The notes beneath the pieces are model-generated. The model had not been told where the DNA came from. It worked only from the letters and a program-made list of their open reading frames with translations, and searched no databases. A stretch of 42,823 nt of DNA. Source: Candidatus Omnitrophota bacterium. GTDB lineage: Bacteria > Omnitrophota > Gorgyraeia > Aquiviventales > Aquiviventaceae. Position 1 is the stretch's first letter. Each line of letters opens with the position of its first letter. Positions 26,496 through 34,826 of this stretch are shown piece by piece. Location: contig JAHFGZ010000001.1 of assembly GCA_023247155.1 (NCBI GenBank), positions 20,540-63,362 of the forward strand, given 5' to 3'. A program made the translations under genes and the position numbers.

Positions 26496-27542
26496 CTAGC
26501 GGACGACCATGGGCAGGAACTCCGTGGACCCGAAAACGCCGAAGAGACCGCGCGCCTTGAGCCACAGGCCGCGCTTGAGGTAGCCAAGCGCCGGCCCGAT
26601 GACGTTCGCGGCCATCGTCGTCTCATCCCCCAGGATGAACGTGTGGCTGGCGCGCTTGCCGTCAAACGTCCGCCCCGTGAGGGTCATGGTGGTCGAGACC
26701 GGCTTCTTCGGATGGCGGGTGTCCATCACCCCGCCCACCTCCACCTGGTCCCGATGCTCCACCACGCCGACGCGCTCAAGCAGGAGATCGTCGGCGTGCT
26801 CCATGCGGCGCAGCTCGAGGAGGCCGTTCGTCCGCGACAGGAGCGCCTCGACGTCGGCGTCGGTCATCGCCTTGGCGCGTTCCACCGTGTACCCGGGCAG
26901 GTGGGCGATGTCCTCGCGGATCGTCGCCTTGTACGCGTCCCAGCTGGCGATCCCCACCCCCCACCAGATGTCCACCCGCTCGACCTCGATGAACGACTGG
27001 GCTGCGAGCACCGCGGCGGCCGCCAGGATCCCCGGCGTCGCGCCGCAGCCCGTCATGACGACGCTGCGGGAGCGCTTCACGAGGGGGTCCAGCGCGAAGA
27101 GCTGCTCCACGGCGCGGGTGCGCTTCAGCACGTCCACGAAGACGAGCGACGCCTCGGCCGTCGCGAACCGCTCGATCACGCCGGGGATGAACTCGTTGGG
27201 CAGGTTGGGCAGCGCCACCAGCACGCCGTCGAGCGTGGGGGCCATCGCCAGGATCTCCCCGATCGGATCGTCGCAATGACGTGCTTCGACCGCCGCCAGG
27301 GTGGCCACGCCTCCCGCGTCCTCTTCACCAGCCTCCTGCAGATGCCGACACCCCTCGACGAGATCGCCGGAGATCCCCGCGATCAGCTCGCCGGGCAACC
27401 CCGCCTCAGAGCACACCAGGCCCCGGCTATCGCAGATGGCCTGCAGGGAGACCTCCCGCTTCAGGCCCATGATCCGGGCGGCGGCCTTCCCGAGCCCGCC
27501 GGCCCCCAGCACCGCCACGTTCATCCGCGTCTCGTCAGGCAT
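26496..27542 (-). CDS. NAD(P)-binding Rossmann-fold oxidoreductase-like protein, first gene of the bio cluster (possible BioU-type DAPA-forming enzyme)
   Basis: MNVAVLGAGGLGKAA dinucleotide-binding motif near the N-terminus. The track start (27566) is TTG. I prefer ATG 27542, 9 nt after GGAG (stop+SD junction TGAGGAGTCG). ATG 27548 and 27524 are also possible. Confidence 0.6.
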   Translation of the reverse strand: MPDETRMNVAVLGAGGLGKAAARIMGLKREVSLQAICDSRGLVCSEAGLPGELIAGISGDLVEGCRHLQEAGEEDAGGVATLAAVEARHCDDPIGEILAMAPTLDGVLVALPNLPNEFIPGVIERFATAEASLVFVDVLKRTRAVEQLFALDPLVKRSRSVVMTGCGATPGILAAAAVLAAQSFIEVERVDIWWGVGIASWDAYKATIREDIAHLPGYTVERAKAMTDADVEALLSRTNGLLELRRMEHADDLLLERVGVVEHRDQVEVGGVMDTRHPKKPVSTTMTLTGRTFDGKRASHTFILGDETTMAANVIGPALGYLKRGLWLKARGLFGVFGSTEFLPMVVR

Positions 27543-27555
27543 GTCCATCGACTCC

Positions 27556-28560
27556 TCAATGGTCAAGCCACGTCTGCCGGCACGACTGCCGTTCGACCAG
27601 TTCCGTGGGGAGCACCAGCTTGACGGGCCGACGCGCCTTGCCCTTCACCTGCTGGAACAGCAGCTCCGTCCCCCGGCGCGCCATCTCGCTGAGCGGCTGA
27701 CGGACGGTCGTCAGCGGGACGTGGGCGGTCGCAGCGCTCGGGATGTCATCGAACCCGACGACGGATAGCTCCTCAGGCACCCGGATCCGTTTCGCCGACG
27801 CCATATGGATGGTCTCGAGCGCCATGTCATCGCTGGCCACGAAGATCGCCGTCGGTCGCTCCTTCAGGGCGAGCAGCGCTTCGGTCGCCGCCCGCGCGCT
27901 CGGCAGGCCGAAATTGCCGAACCGGACATACCCGTCCCTCACGGCGAGGTGACGGGCTCTCATCGCTTTCATGAAGCCGTCGAGGCGATCGAGCCCGGCC
28001 TGCACCTTGAGGTCGCCGGTGATCGTGGCGATGTCCCGGTGGCCCAAGCGGACCAGGTAGGCCACGACGCGCTCGGCCGCCGTCCGGTTGTCGATCGCCA
28101 CGCACGTGACCGGCAGCTCTTCGAGATAGTGATTGAGGACCACCACGGGCAGCCGGTCATCCACGACGCGGTCCAGGAGCTCCTCGCAGCCGAACAGATC
28201 CGCAAAGAGGAGGCCGTCAACCGCCGGCAGGAGGGGCGTGTTCCCGCCGGCGACGTGCAGCAACAGATCGCACTGAAGGCGTTCGGCGGCGATCCCGCAT
28301 CCCTTGATGACCTGCAGCGCATAGTAGGAATGGAAGATCCCCTCGAAGCGGGGGATGATGAGGCCCAGGGTCGGCTTGGCCTTCCCGGAGGCCAGCCGCT
28401 GGGCGCTCGGGTTGGGCCGGTAGCCCAGCTGCTTGATCGCGGTGAGGACCCGGCGCTGGTTCTCCGCCGAGACCGTGGGCACGCGGTTGATGACCCGCGA
28501 GACCGTCATGGTGGACACCCGGGCGGTCTTGGCGACGAGGGCGATGTCCACTTTCTTCAT
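27556..28560 (-). CDS. LacI-family transcriptional regulator
   Basis: N-terminal HTH MKKVDIALVAKTARVSTMTVSRVINRVPTVSAENQRRVLTAIKQLGYRPN plus a periplasmic-binding-protein-like core. Start at ATG 28560; the track extension is unsupported. Confidence 0.92.
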   Translation of the reverse strand: MKKVDIALVAKTARVSTMTVSRVINRVPTVSAENQRRVLTAIKQLGYRPNPSAQRLASGKAKPTLGLIIPRFEGIFHSYYALQVIKGCGIAAERLQCDLLLHVAGGNTPLLPAVDGLLFADLFGCEELLDRVVDDRLPVVVLNHYLEELPVTCVAIDNRTAAERVVAYLVRLGHRDIATITGDLKVQAGLDRLDGFMKAMRARHLAVRDGYVRFGNFGLPSARAATEALLALKERPTAIFVASDDMALETIHMASAKRIRVPEELSVVGFDDIPSAATAHVPLTTVRQPLSEMARRGTELLFQQVKGKARRPVKLVLPTELVERQSCRQTWLDH

Positions 28561-28585
28561 GGTCGAGCGCGGCCTTGCCACACGG

Positions 28586-30178
28586 CTAAAACGCTGCGGG
28601 GGAATCGCTCGCGAGGCGCTCACCGGCGGGGGTGATCAGCTGGGCGGTGACGAAGATCAGGAGGTTGGAGCGCTCGATGCTGTCGTCCTCTTTGCGGAAC
28701 AGCTTGCCGAGGAGCGGGACGGAGCCCAGGACCGGCACCTTGGTCACCGTCTTGGACGTCGTGTCCTTCATGAGGCCGCCCAGGACCACCGTCTCGCCGT
28801 TTTCCATCACGACGCTCGTCTCCAGGTTCCGGGCGGTGAACCGGGGCAGGCTGACCTCGCCGCCGAAGGTGTCGTCGGTCTTCTTCTCGCTGACCTCCGG
28901 CTTGAGCGCCAGGGTGATCGTCCGTTGGTCCTGGCCGATGCTCGGCGTGACGTTCAGCAGGATGCCCAGGTCCTTGGTCACGAAGCCCTGCGGCACGTTC
29001 ACGAACCGCGTCTCGCTCGTCCCGCTGACGGTGTCGAGGAAGTCCCCGTCGCTGTTGAGGTCCTTCCGGACCACCGAGGCCTCGTACTGCGTGGCGTAGA
29101 CGAATTCGGTCACGATCTTGATCGTGGCGGTCTGGTTGTTCAGCGTGGTCACGCGGGGCGCGGAGAGCGTCTTGGTCTTCTTGTTCTGGGCCAGGGCGTG
29201 GAGGACCGCCTGGTACTGGGTGCCGGTCAGGATGCCTTGAAAGGTCAGGTTCAAGGCGTTGCCGGAGGTCTGGTTCGTGAAATCGGAGAACGCGGTCTTG
29301 GTCCCGCGCAGGAGCGAGGTGCCCGTCTTGGAGAGCTGCAGCGCCGCCCCGCGGGTGCCGTCCTTATCGGTCCTCTTGAGGAGCGTCGCGTTGCCCGTCA
29401 GCGCGCCGTCCAGCGCCCACTCCTTCGTGTCCGTGAACGTCACCTCGATGAACCGCGCCTCGATGAGCACCTGCGAGGGCGTCACGTCCAGCGCCGTGAG
29501 CAGCTGCTCGATCTGCTGGAGGTAGTAGGGCGCATGCCGAACGATGAGCGAGCCGCTGCGCTCATCGAGCTGCATGGAGCTGTCTCCCAGCTGGGGGACG
29601 ACCTCGTCCAGGACGTCTTTGATCGTCGTCAGCTCCCGCAGGCTCGTCGCCTGAAGCGCGACGCTCTCCCGGGTTTCCGACAGCGGCTCAAACGTGGCGA
29701 ACAGCCCCGGACCCCTGGCGAGGGAGAACACCCGGGTCTCCATCGGTTCGGCCTCCATCTCGTCGCGGGTCGCCACCCAGATCGCCTCCTCGTCAAACCG
29801 GTACAGGAGCCCCTGGCCCTTGAGCAGGTACTCCAGGACCCGGATGAACGGCACGTCCACCAGGTGCACCGTGACCGGGCGGCCGAGTGACGCGGCCTTC
29901 TCCGACACGATGACGTTGACGCCGGCGCCTTCCGCGAGGAACTGCATCGCCGAGCTGAACTCCAGCTCCTCGAAGTCGGCCGTGATGGGTTGCGCCATCG
30001 GCCCGGCCAGCGCAGGCGGCACCGCGCGGCTCAGCCCCCCCAGATGCTCCGGCACGCGCTCCGCCGCTGCGACGACCAGGGGTCCGGCCGTGACGAGCGC
30101 GGCGACTGCAAAAAGTGTCAGACACTTTTCGACCTGGCGTCTCGTCTCGGGAAAAGTATCTGACACGTTTTGGATCAT
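28586..30178 (-). CDS. secretin (GspD/PilQ family), paralogue A
   Basis: 530 aa. Signal peptide, N0/N1-like EELEFSSAMQFLAEGAGVNVIV, secretin C-domain ...VPVLGSVPLLGKLFRKEDDSIERSNLLIFVTAQLI. ATGA overlap with the upstream secretin. Confidence 0.9.
   Translation of the reverse strand: MIQNVSDTFPETRRQVEKCLTLFAVAALVTAGPLVVAAAERVPEHLGGLSRAVPPALAGPMAQPITADFEELEFSSAMQFLAEGAGVNVIVSEKAASLGRPVTVHLVDVPFIRVLEYLLKGQGLLYRFDEEAIWVATRDEMEAEPMETRVFSLARGPGLFATFEPLSETRESVALQATSLRELTTIKDVLDEVVPQLGDSSMQLDERSGSLIVRHAPYYLQQIEQLLTALDVTPSQVLIEARFIEVTFTDTKEWALDGALTGNATLLKRTDKDGTRGAALQLSKTGTSLLRGTKTAFSDFTNQTSGNALNLTFQGILTGTQYQAVLHALAQNKKTKTLSAPRVTTLNNQTATIKIVTEFVYATQYEASVVRKDLNSDGDFLDTVSGTSETRFVNVPQGFVTKDLGILLNVTPSIGQDQRTITLALKPEVSEKKTDDTFGGEVSLPRFTARNLETSVVMENGETVVLGGLMKDTTSKTVTKVPVLGSVPLLGKLFRKEDDSIERSNLLIFVTAQLITPAGERLASDSPAAF
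30111..30170. repeat. two GT(G/A)TC(A/T)GACAC palindromes at the secretin/secretin junction
   Basis: AAAAGTGTCAGACACTTTT (30111-30129, a perfect 19-bp dyad) and GAAAAGTATCTGACACGTTTT (30151-30170, imperfect). Same outer arms AAAAGT/ACTTTT as the family-2 units. Confidence 0.6.
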
Positions 30179-32409
30179 GTCGTGTCTCCCCGCGGCGCCA
30201 GCAGCCGCGCGGTGATGAAGATGAGCAGATTCTTGCGGGTGCTGGAGTCCTCCGTCTGGCGGAACAGCCCGCCGAGGAGCGGGATGTCCCCCAGGACCGG
30301 CACCTTGGTCACCGTCTTGGAGGTCGAGTCTTTCATGAGGCCGCCCAGCACCACCGTCTGCCCGTCTTCAATGATGACGCTGGTCGTCAGCTGGCTCGAC
30401 GTGAACTCGGGCACGGTCACCCCCCCGCCGAGGTCGCGGAACTGGCTGAAGCTGCTCACCTCGGGCGCCAGCACGAGCGTGATCGTCTTCAGGTCCTTCC
30501 CGACGCTCGGGGTCACGTTCAGGAGGATGCCCACATCCCGCTTCTGGAGGTCCTGGGGCACGTTGGCGAACTCCGTCTCCCCGGCGTCATCGAAATCGCC
30601 GTCGCCGTTGATGTCGAACTGGATCAGGGACACCTCGTAGCGGGTCGGGTAGTTGAACTCGTCCACCACCCGGATCGCCGCCGACTGGTTGTTCAGCGTG
30701 GTCACGCGGGGCGCGGAGAGCGTCTTGGTCTTCTTCGACTCTTCCAGGAGGTGCAGCACCGTCTCGAACTGGGTGCCGGTGAGCACCCCCTGGAGGGTGA
30801 GGTTCAGCCCTTCGTCCTCCCGCGACATCGCCGGGAACTTGAAGCCGCCGCCGCTGGCGACCTGATTCCCGACGCCCTGCGTCCTGTCGGAGGCCTCCTT
30901 CTTCGACAGCGTGGCCGCGCCGGTCAGCACCGACTCAAGGCCCACGTGCTCCAGGTCGGTCAGGGTCAGCTCCACGAACCGCGCCTCGATGAGGACCTGG
31001 ATCGGCGTCACGTCCAGCTGGCTCAGCAGCCGCTCCACCAGGCGGAGGTTCTCCGCGGTGTTCGTCACGATGAGCGAGCCGCTGCGCGCATCCACGATGA
31101 ACTTGCTGTCCGGCACCTTGGGGATCGCTTGCTCGATCAGCTTGGTGATGGGCTCCATGGCCAGCGAGGGATTGGGCGACAGGGCCGCGGTTTCCAGGGC
31201 GAAGGGGCCGAGCCCGCTCTGCAGCAGGAACACCCGGGTCTCCATCGGCTCGCTCGAAAACTCCTCTTGGGTGGAGATGAGGATGGCGTCCTGCTCGACG
31301 CGGTAGGCGAGCGAGAGGCTCTTGACGAGATACTTGACCGCCCGCTCCAGCGGCAGGTCCTTCACCTTGAGCGACACGCGGCGGGTCTTGAGGTCCAGCT
31401 GCGGCGAGGGGACGACGCTCACGTTGGCCGCATCCGCGATGAAGTCCAGCACATCGCTGAGCGCGACGTCGTTGAACTCAAAGCTGATGGGCTCCTGGAG
31501 CCTCGCCGTGATGGACCGCTCCGGCTCCGTGGCGAGGAGCTGGCGGCCGGACGCCAGCGGGGCCTGGCGCAGGGCGGGCAGCAGCTGGGCTCTCAGGACC
31601 TCGTTGTACATGGCCCGCTCGTCCCGCGTGACCTGGCGCGTGGCGCGCCGCTCCTCGTCGTCCAGCTTGGCCATCTGCGCCTGCTCGATGAGGCGGTGCG
31701 CCTCGCGGTTCGACGGGTCCTGCACCAGCACGGCGGTCAGGAGCTTGATCGCGATGTCATACTTCCGGTCCTGGATCGCCTCCTTGGCGTATCTGAACGC
31801 CGTCTCCAGCTCGATCCGCTTCTGCGTCAGCGCCTGCTCCAGCTCCGGCACGATCGCCCCGGACCGCTGCGGCGACTCGAGGCTGGCGCGCAGCCGCGCC
31901 TCGAAATGCTTCATCTCGGCCTGCGCCATCAGCCGGTCGGCGGCCTTCACCAGCGCATGGCCGGGATCGATCAGCGCCATCTGCTGGAAGAGCTGCACCG
32001 CTTCCTCGTACGCCCCGTCGCGGTAGTGGGCCAGCCCCTGCTGGTAGAGCGCCTTGAGCTGCCGTTCCCGCGCCAGTTCGAGCTGGCGCTGCGCCTCGCG
32101 CTCCTGCGCCTGTTGCCGCTCGAGCCGCGTCCGGCCGACGGCGATCGCCTCGCGCTCAGCCTCCTCGCGCGCTCGGGCCCGCTGCCGCTCCAGCTCGCGC
32201 TGGCGCTCCGCTTCCAGTCTGGCCTGTTCGCGCTGGCGCTCCGCTTCCAGCTTGGCCTTGGCCGCCTCAAGGAACTGCTGGGCCATCGGCGTCAACCGTC
32301 CCTTCGGCGCTTCCGCCTGCGCCTGCTCCGCGGCGGATAACCGGCCAACGCAGGCGGCAGAGCACGCCAGGGCGATGAGCAGTGCGAGATTACGGCGCGG
32401 TGCGGTCAC
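30175..32409 (-). CDS. secretin with a long N-terminal coiled-coil/TPR-like extension, paralogue B
   Basis: 744 aa with GTG start at 32409. About 250 aa of E/R/Q/A-rich coiled coil plus GAYEEAVQLFQQMALIDP (TPR-like), then N-domains (FEFNDVALSDVLDFIADAANVSVV) and a secretin C-domain VPVLGDIPLLGGLFRQTEDSSTRKNLLIFITARLL. Confidence 0.88.
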   Translation of the reverse strand: MTAPRRNLALLIALACSAACVGRLSAAEQAQAEAPKGRLTPMAQQFLEAAKAKLEAERQREQARLEAERQRELERQRARAREEAEREAIAVGRTRLERQQAQEREAQRQLELARERQLKALYQQGLAHYRDGAYEEAVQLFQQMALIDPGHALVKAADRLMAQAEMKHFEARLRASLESPQRSGAIVPELEQALTQKRIELETAFRYAKEAIQDRKYDIAIKLLTAVLVQDPSNREAHRLIEQAQMAKLDDEERRATRQVTRDERAMYNEVLRAQLLPALRQAPLASGRQLLATEPERSITARLQEPISFEFNDVALSDVLDFIADAANVSVVPSPQLDLKTRRVSLKVKDLPLERAVKYLVKSLSLAYRVEQDAILISTQEEFSSEPMETRVFLLQSGLGPFALETAALSPNPSLAMEPITKLIEQAIPKVPDSKFIVDARSGSLIVTNTAENLRLVERLLSQLDVTPIQVLIEARFVELTLTDLEHVGLESVLTGAATLSKKEASDRTQGVGNQVASGGGFKFPAMSREDEGLNLTLQGVLTGTQFETVLHLLEESKKTKTLSAPRVTTLNNQSAAIRVVDEFNYPTRYEVSLIQFDINGDGDFDDAGETEFANVPQDLQKRDVGILLNVTPSVGKDLKTITLVLAPEVSSFSQFRDLGGGVTVPEFTSSQLTTSVIIEDGQTVVLGGLMKDSTSKTVTKVPVLGDIPLLGGLFRQTEDSSTRKNLLIFITARLLAPRGDTT

Positions 32410-34114
32410 CTGAAGATGCCCCTTCCAAGACGGCTTCCTTGGTGATGACCTGCTCGAAGAGCGCCACCGATTCCTCGTACGCGCCCTTCTGAAAGGTCTC
32501 CATCGCGCGGGCGAAGAGCCGCTCCAGCTCGGCCGCCTGGGCTTCGCGCCTGGCGCGCTCCTTCTCGGCGAGGAGCTGCTCGTGCAGGACGGTCACGCGG
32601 CTCATCTGGGGCGGGTTGAGCGCCTGGGCTTGGATCACGAGGCGGAGCGCGTCGTCAAACCGCCCCTTGCCCGCCAACTCGCCGGCACGGGCGATCAGGT
32701 CTTCCGCTTTGCGGCTGATGGCTTCCCGCTCGCGCTGCTCCGCCAACCGGGCCTGCTGGTAGCGGGCTTCCATCTCACGCGCCACCTGCAGCGCCAGCTG
32801 ACGCTCGCGCAGCACGCGCTGCTGCTCCTCCAGCTGCTTCTCTTCCCGCACCTGCGTGACCAACCGCTGCTGGAGCAGGCTCAGCTCGGTGGAGAGCTCC
32901 GCGGGCGCCTGCTGAATCGCCTCGGTCAGCCAGGCGATCCCCTCCACCCGCTGGCCGCGATTCGGTTGCTGGAACGCCTGCTCCAGCCGCGCCAGCGAGA
33001 CCTGCCGCTCGGCCTGAATCGATTCCGCCCGATGGAGCTTGGCCGTCATCTCTCGGCCGAGCTCCTCCTCGCGGCCCTGGAGCGCCGCCTGCTCCTGCGC
33101 CAGCGCCTGATGCCGCCGCTGGATTTCCGCCACCTCATCCCGCTTGGCCTGGAGGTACGCGGCGTCCTGGCGGTGCGTCTGATAGAGCAGTTCGGCCATC
33201 GACTGCCGCAGGGTGGCCTCTTTCACCGTGAGCCGGCGCTGCAGTTCAAGCGCCTGCTCCGATTTGAGCTGCTCGCCGAACTGGGCCCGTCCCCGCGCGA
33301 CATACGCGTCGCGCTCGGCGCTCAGCTGGGCGCGGCGGGCGTCCAGCTCGGCCTTCCGCCGCGCGAGCACCTCCTGCATGGACCGCTCGATCGAGCTGGC
33401 CAGCGCGGGATTCGCCTCCACGCGGGCCAGGCGGTCGAGGAGATCCTGCGTCTGCAGCTCGATCTCCTTGCTCAGCTGCTGCAGCTCGCGCTCCTTGAGA
33501 TTCAGCTCCTGATCCGACGTCTTGTCGATCGCCGCCTGTTGGCGTCCCTCAAACGTCTGCAGCTGGCGGACGTACTCCTGCTGGAGCTCCTCCGTGATCA
33601 GCTGGCGCGCCTGCGTGAGTTCGGCTGTCAGCCGGACCTCCAGGTCCTTCCGCAGGGCGGCGAGCCGGTCCTGCTGCTCGCGCTCAAGCGCCCCCAGCTC
33701 CTGCTCCATGCGCTGTCGTTGCTCACCGAGCGCCTTCAGCTGGCCGGACACCGTCGCCAGCTTCGTCTTCACGCTGTCCTGCGCCGCGCGCAGCTGCCGG
33801 ATGTCGCGCTGCGCCGCCTCGTTGGCGGTGTAGGCCCGAAACACCTGCTGGAGGACCGGCGCGATGGGCCGGGCTTCAGCCGGCACATGGGCGAGGAACG
33901 AGGAGAACGAGGCAGCCGTGCCGCCTGCCGAGTTGATGCCGTCCTCGGCGGACGTCCGGGCCGACGGAGCGGCGAGCAGGCCGGCCGCCAAAACCACAAC
34001 GGCGCGGAGGGCGTCTGTCTTCCGTCCGCGCCGATCCCACGAGGCGTTGTCACTGATCTTGCGTCCGTTCACTCGATGCGACCTCCCCTTCCGCGCCACC
34101 GCTTCGCACTGCAT
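32390..34114 (-). CDS. periplasmic coiled-coil protein with a C-terminal TPR-like segment (unknown function)
   Basis: 574 aa with ATG at 34114. Hydrophobic signal/anchor ALRAVVVLAAGLLAAPSA. More than 400 aa of heptad-like Q/E/R/L/A sequence. C-terminus GRFDDALRLVIQAQALNP...QKGAYEESVALFEQVI resembles the N-terminus of secretin B. Confidence 0.65.
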   Translation of the reverse strand: MQCEAVARKGRSHRVNGRKISDNASWDRRGRKTDALRAVVVLAAGLLAAPSARTSAEDGINSAGGTAASFSSFLAHVPAEARPIAPVLQQVFRAYTANEAAQRDIRQLRAAQDSVKTKLATVSGQLKALGEQRQRMEQELGALEREQQDRLAALRKDLEVRLTAELTQARQLITEELQQEYVRQLQTFEGRQQAAIDKTSDQELNLKERELQQLSKEIELQTQDLLDRLARVEANPALASSIERSMQEVLARRKAELDARRAQLSAERDAYVARGRAQFGEQLKSEQALELQRRLTVKEATLRQSMAELLYQTHRQDAAYLQAKRDEVAEIQRRHQALAQEQAALQGREEELGREMTAKLHRAESIQAERQVSLARLEQAFQQPNRGQRVEGIAWLTEAIQQAPAELSTELSLLQQRLVTQVREEKQLEEQQRVLRERQLALQVAREMEARYQQARLAEQREREAISRKAEDLIARAGELAGKGRFDDALRLVIQAQALNPPQMSRVTVLHEQLLAEKERARREAQAAELERLFARAMETFQKGAYEESVALFEQVITKEAVLEGASSGDRTAP

Positions 34115-34135
34115 GCCTTTGTTCGTTCTTCCTGG

Positions 34136-34675
34136 TTAGTGCGCTTCCGCTTCGGCCTTACGCTTTATGATAATTTGCTGAGCGGTTTTAACGTCAGATA
34201 ATACCACTTGAGCCTGCGAAATGTCAAGCACTTTGAATCCTGCAACCTCTTGTCCGACTTCAAGAAAATACGTCTTCTCCGTGGTGGTCTCCTCTACGAC
34301 GGCCCGCTGGCGCTGGCCCAAGTTGATGTGGCCCTTGTAGAGGAACTGGGGCGTGACCGGCGCGCCGGCGGAGTCACCGGCGCCGCCGCCTGCGGTCTGC
34401 TCGGCCTCCTCCGCGCTGACCGGGCGGCGCTGGGGCGAGAAGGGGTTCGCGTTGAGGACCGCGTCAAGCCATCCCGGCTCGGCCTCCGGGATCCCCTCAG
34501 ACGGTTCCGCGAGGATCGGGAACTCCTCCCGCACGCGATCCCACGACTCGCCCGTGAGCTCGACGCGCTCCGTGCGGACCGCGGCGGAGCGCCACTGCAC
34601 GACGGCGACGGCCACCACCGCGAGGCTGGCCGCGAGCGCCACCGGCGGACCGACAACCGTGCGGCTCGTCGTCAT
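34136..34675 (-). CDS. PilP/GspC-like inner-membrane-to-secretin connector
   Basis: 179 aa. N-terminal TM, NPFSP motif (compare RDPF in PilP), and a C-terminal beta-domain YKGHINLGQRQRAVVEE...YFLEVGQEVAGFKVLDISQAQVVLSD. Confidence 0.65.
   Translation of the reverse strand: MTTSRTVVGPPVALAASLAVVAVAVVQWRSAAVRTERVELTGESWDRVREEFPILAEPSEGIPEAEPGWLDAVLNANPFSPQRRPVSAEEAEQTAGGGAGDSAGAPVTPQFLYKGHINLGQRQRAVVEETTTEKTYFLEVGQEVAGFKVLDISQAQVVLSDVKTAQQIIIKRKAEAEAH
34198..34227 (-). promoter_or_regulatory. near-consensus sigma70 promoter embedded in the 3' end of the PilP-like CDS
   Basis: Minus strand TTGACA (34227-34222), 18 nt, TGG-TATTAT (hexamer 34203-34198). Points at the coiled-coil and secretin genes. 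Confidence 0.55.
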
Positions 34676-34706
34676 GGGTGGCCACGCCTCGCCATCAGTC
34701 GGTAGT

Positions 34707-34818
34707 GGTCACGTGTGGCGGGTGCCGCGGAGCCGGGGTCCCGCCGCCTGCCCGCAGGCCGTCGAGGCCGAGGACAGCCGGCGGGGTGGCGCAGCGGCAG
34801 GACCCGCCACACGTGACC
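34707..34818. repeat. 17-bp perfect inverted repeat flanking a 78-nt GC-rich spacer (intergenic)
   Basis: GGTCACGTGTGGCGGGT (34707-34723) and ACCCGCCACACGTGACC (34802-34818). The spacer has further partial self-complementarity (GCCGC...GCGGC). Confidence 0.75.
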
Positions 34819-34826
34819 ATCACCCA

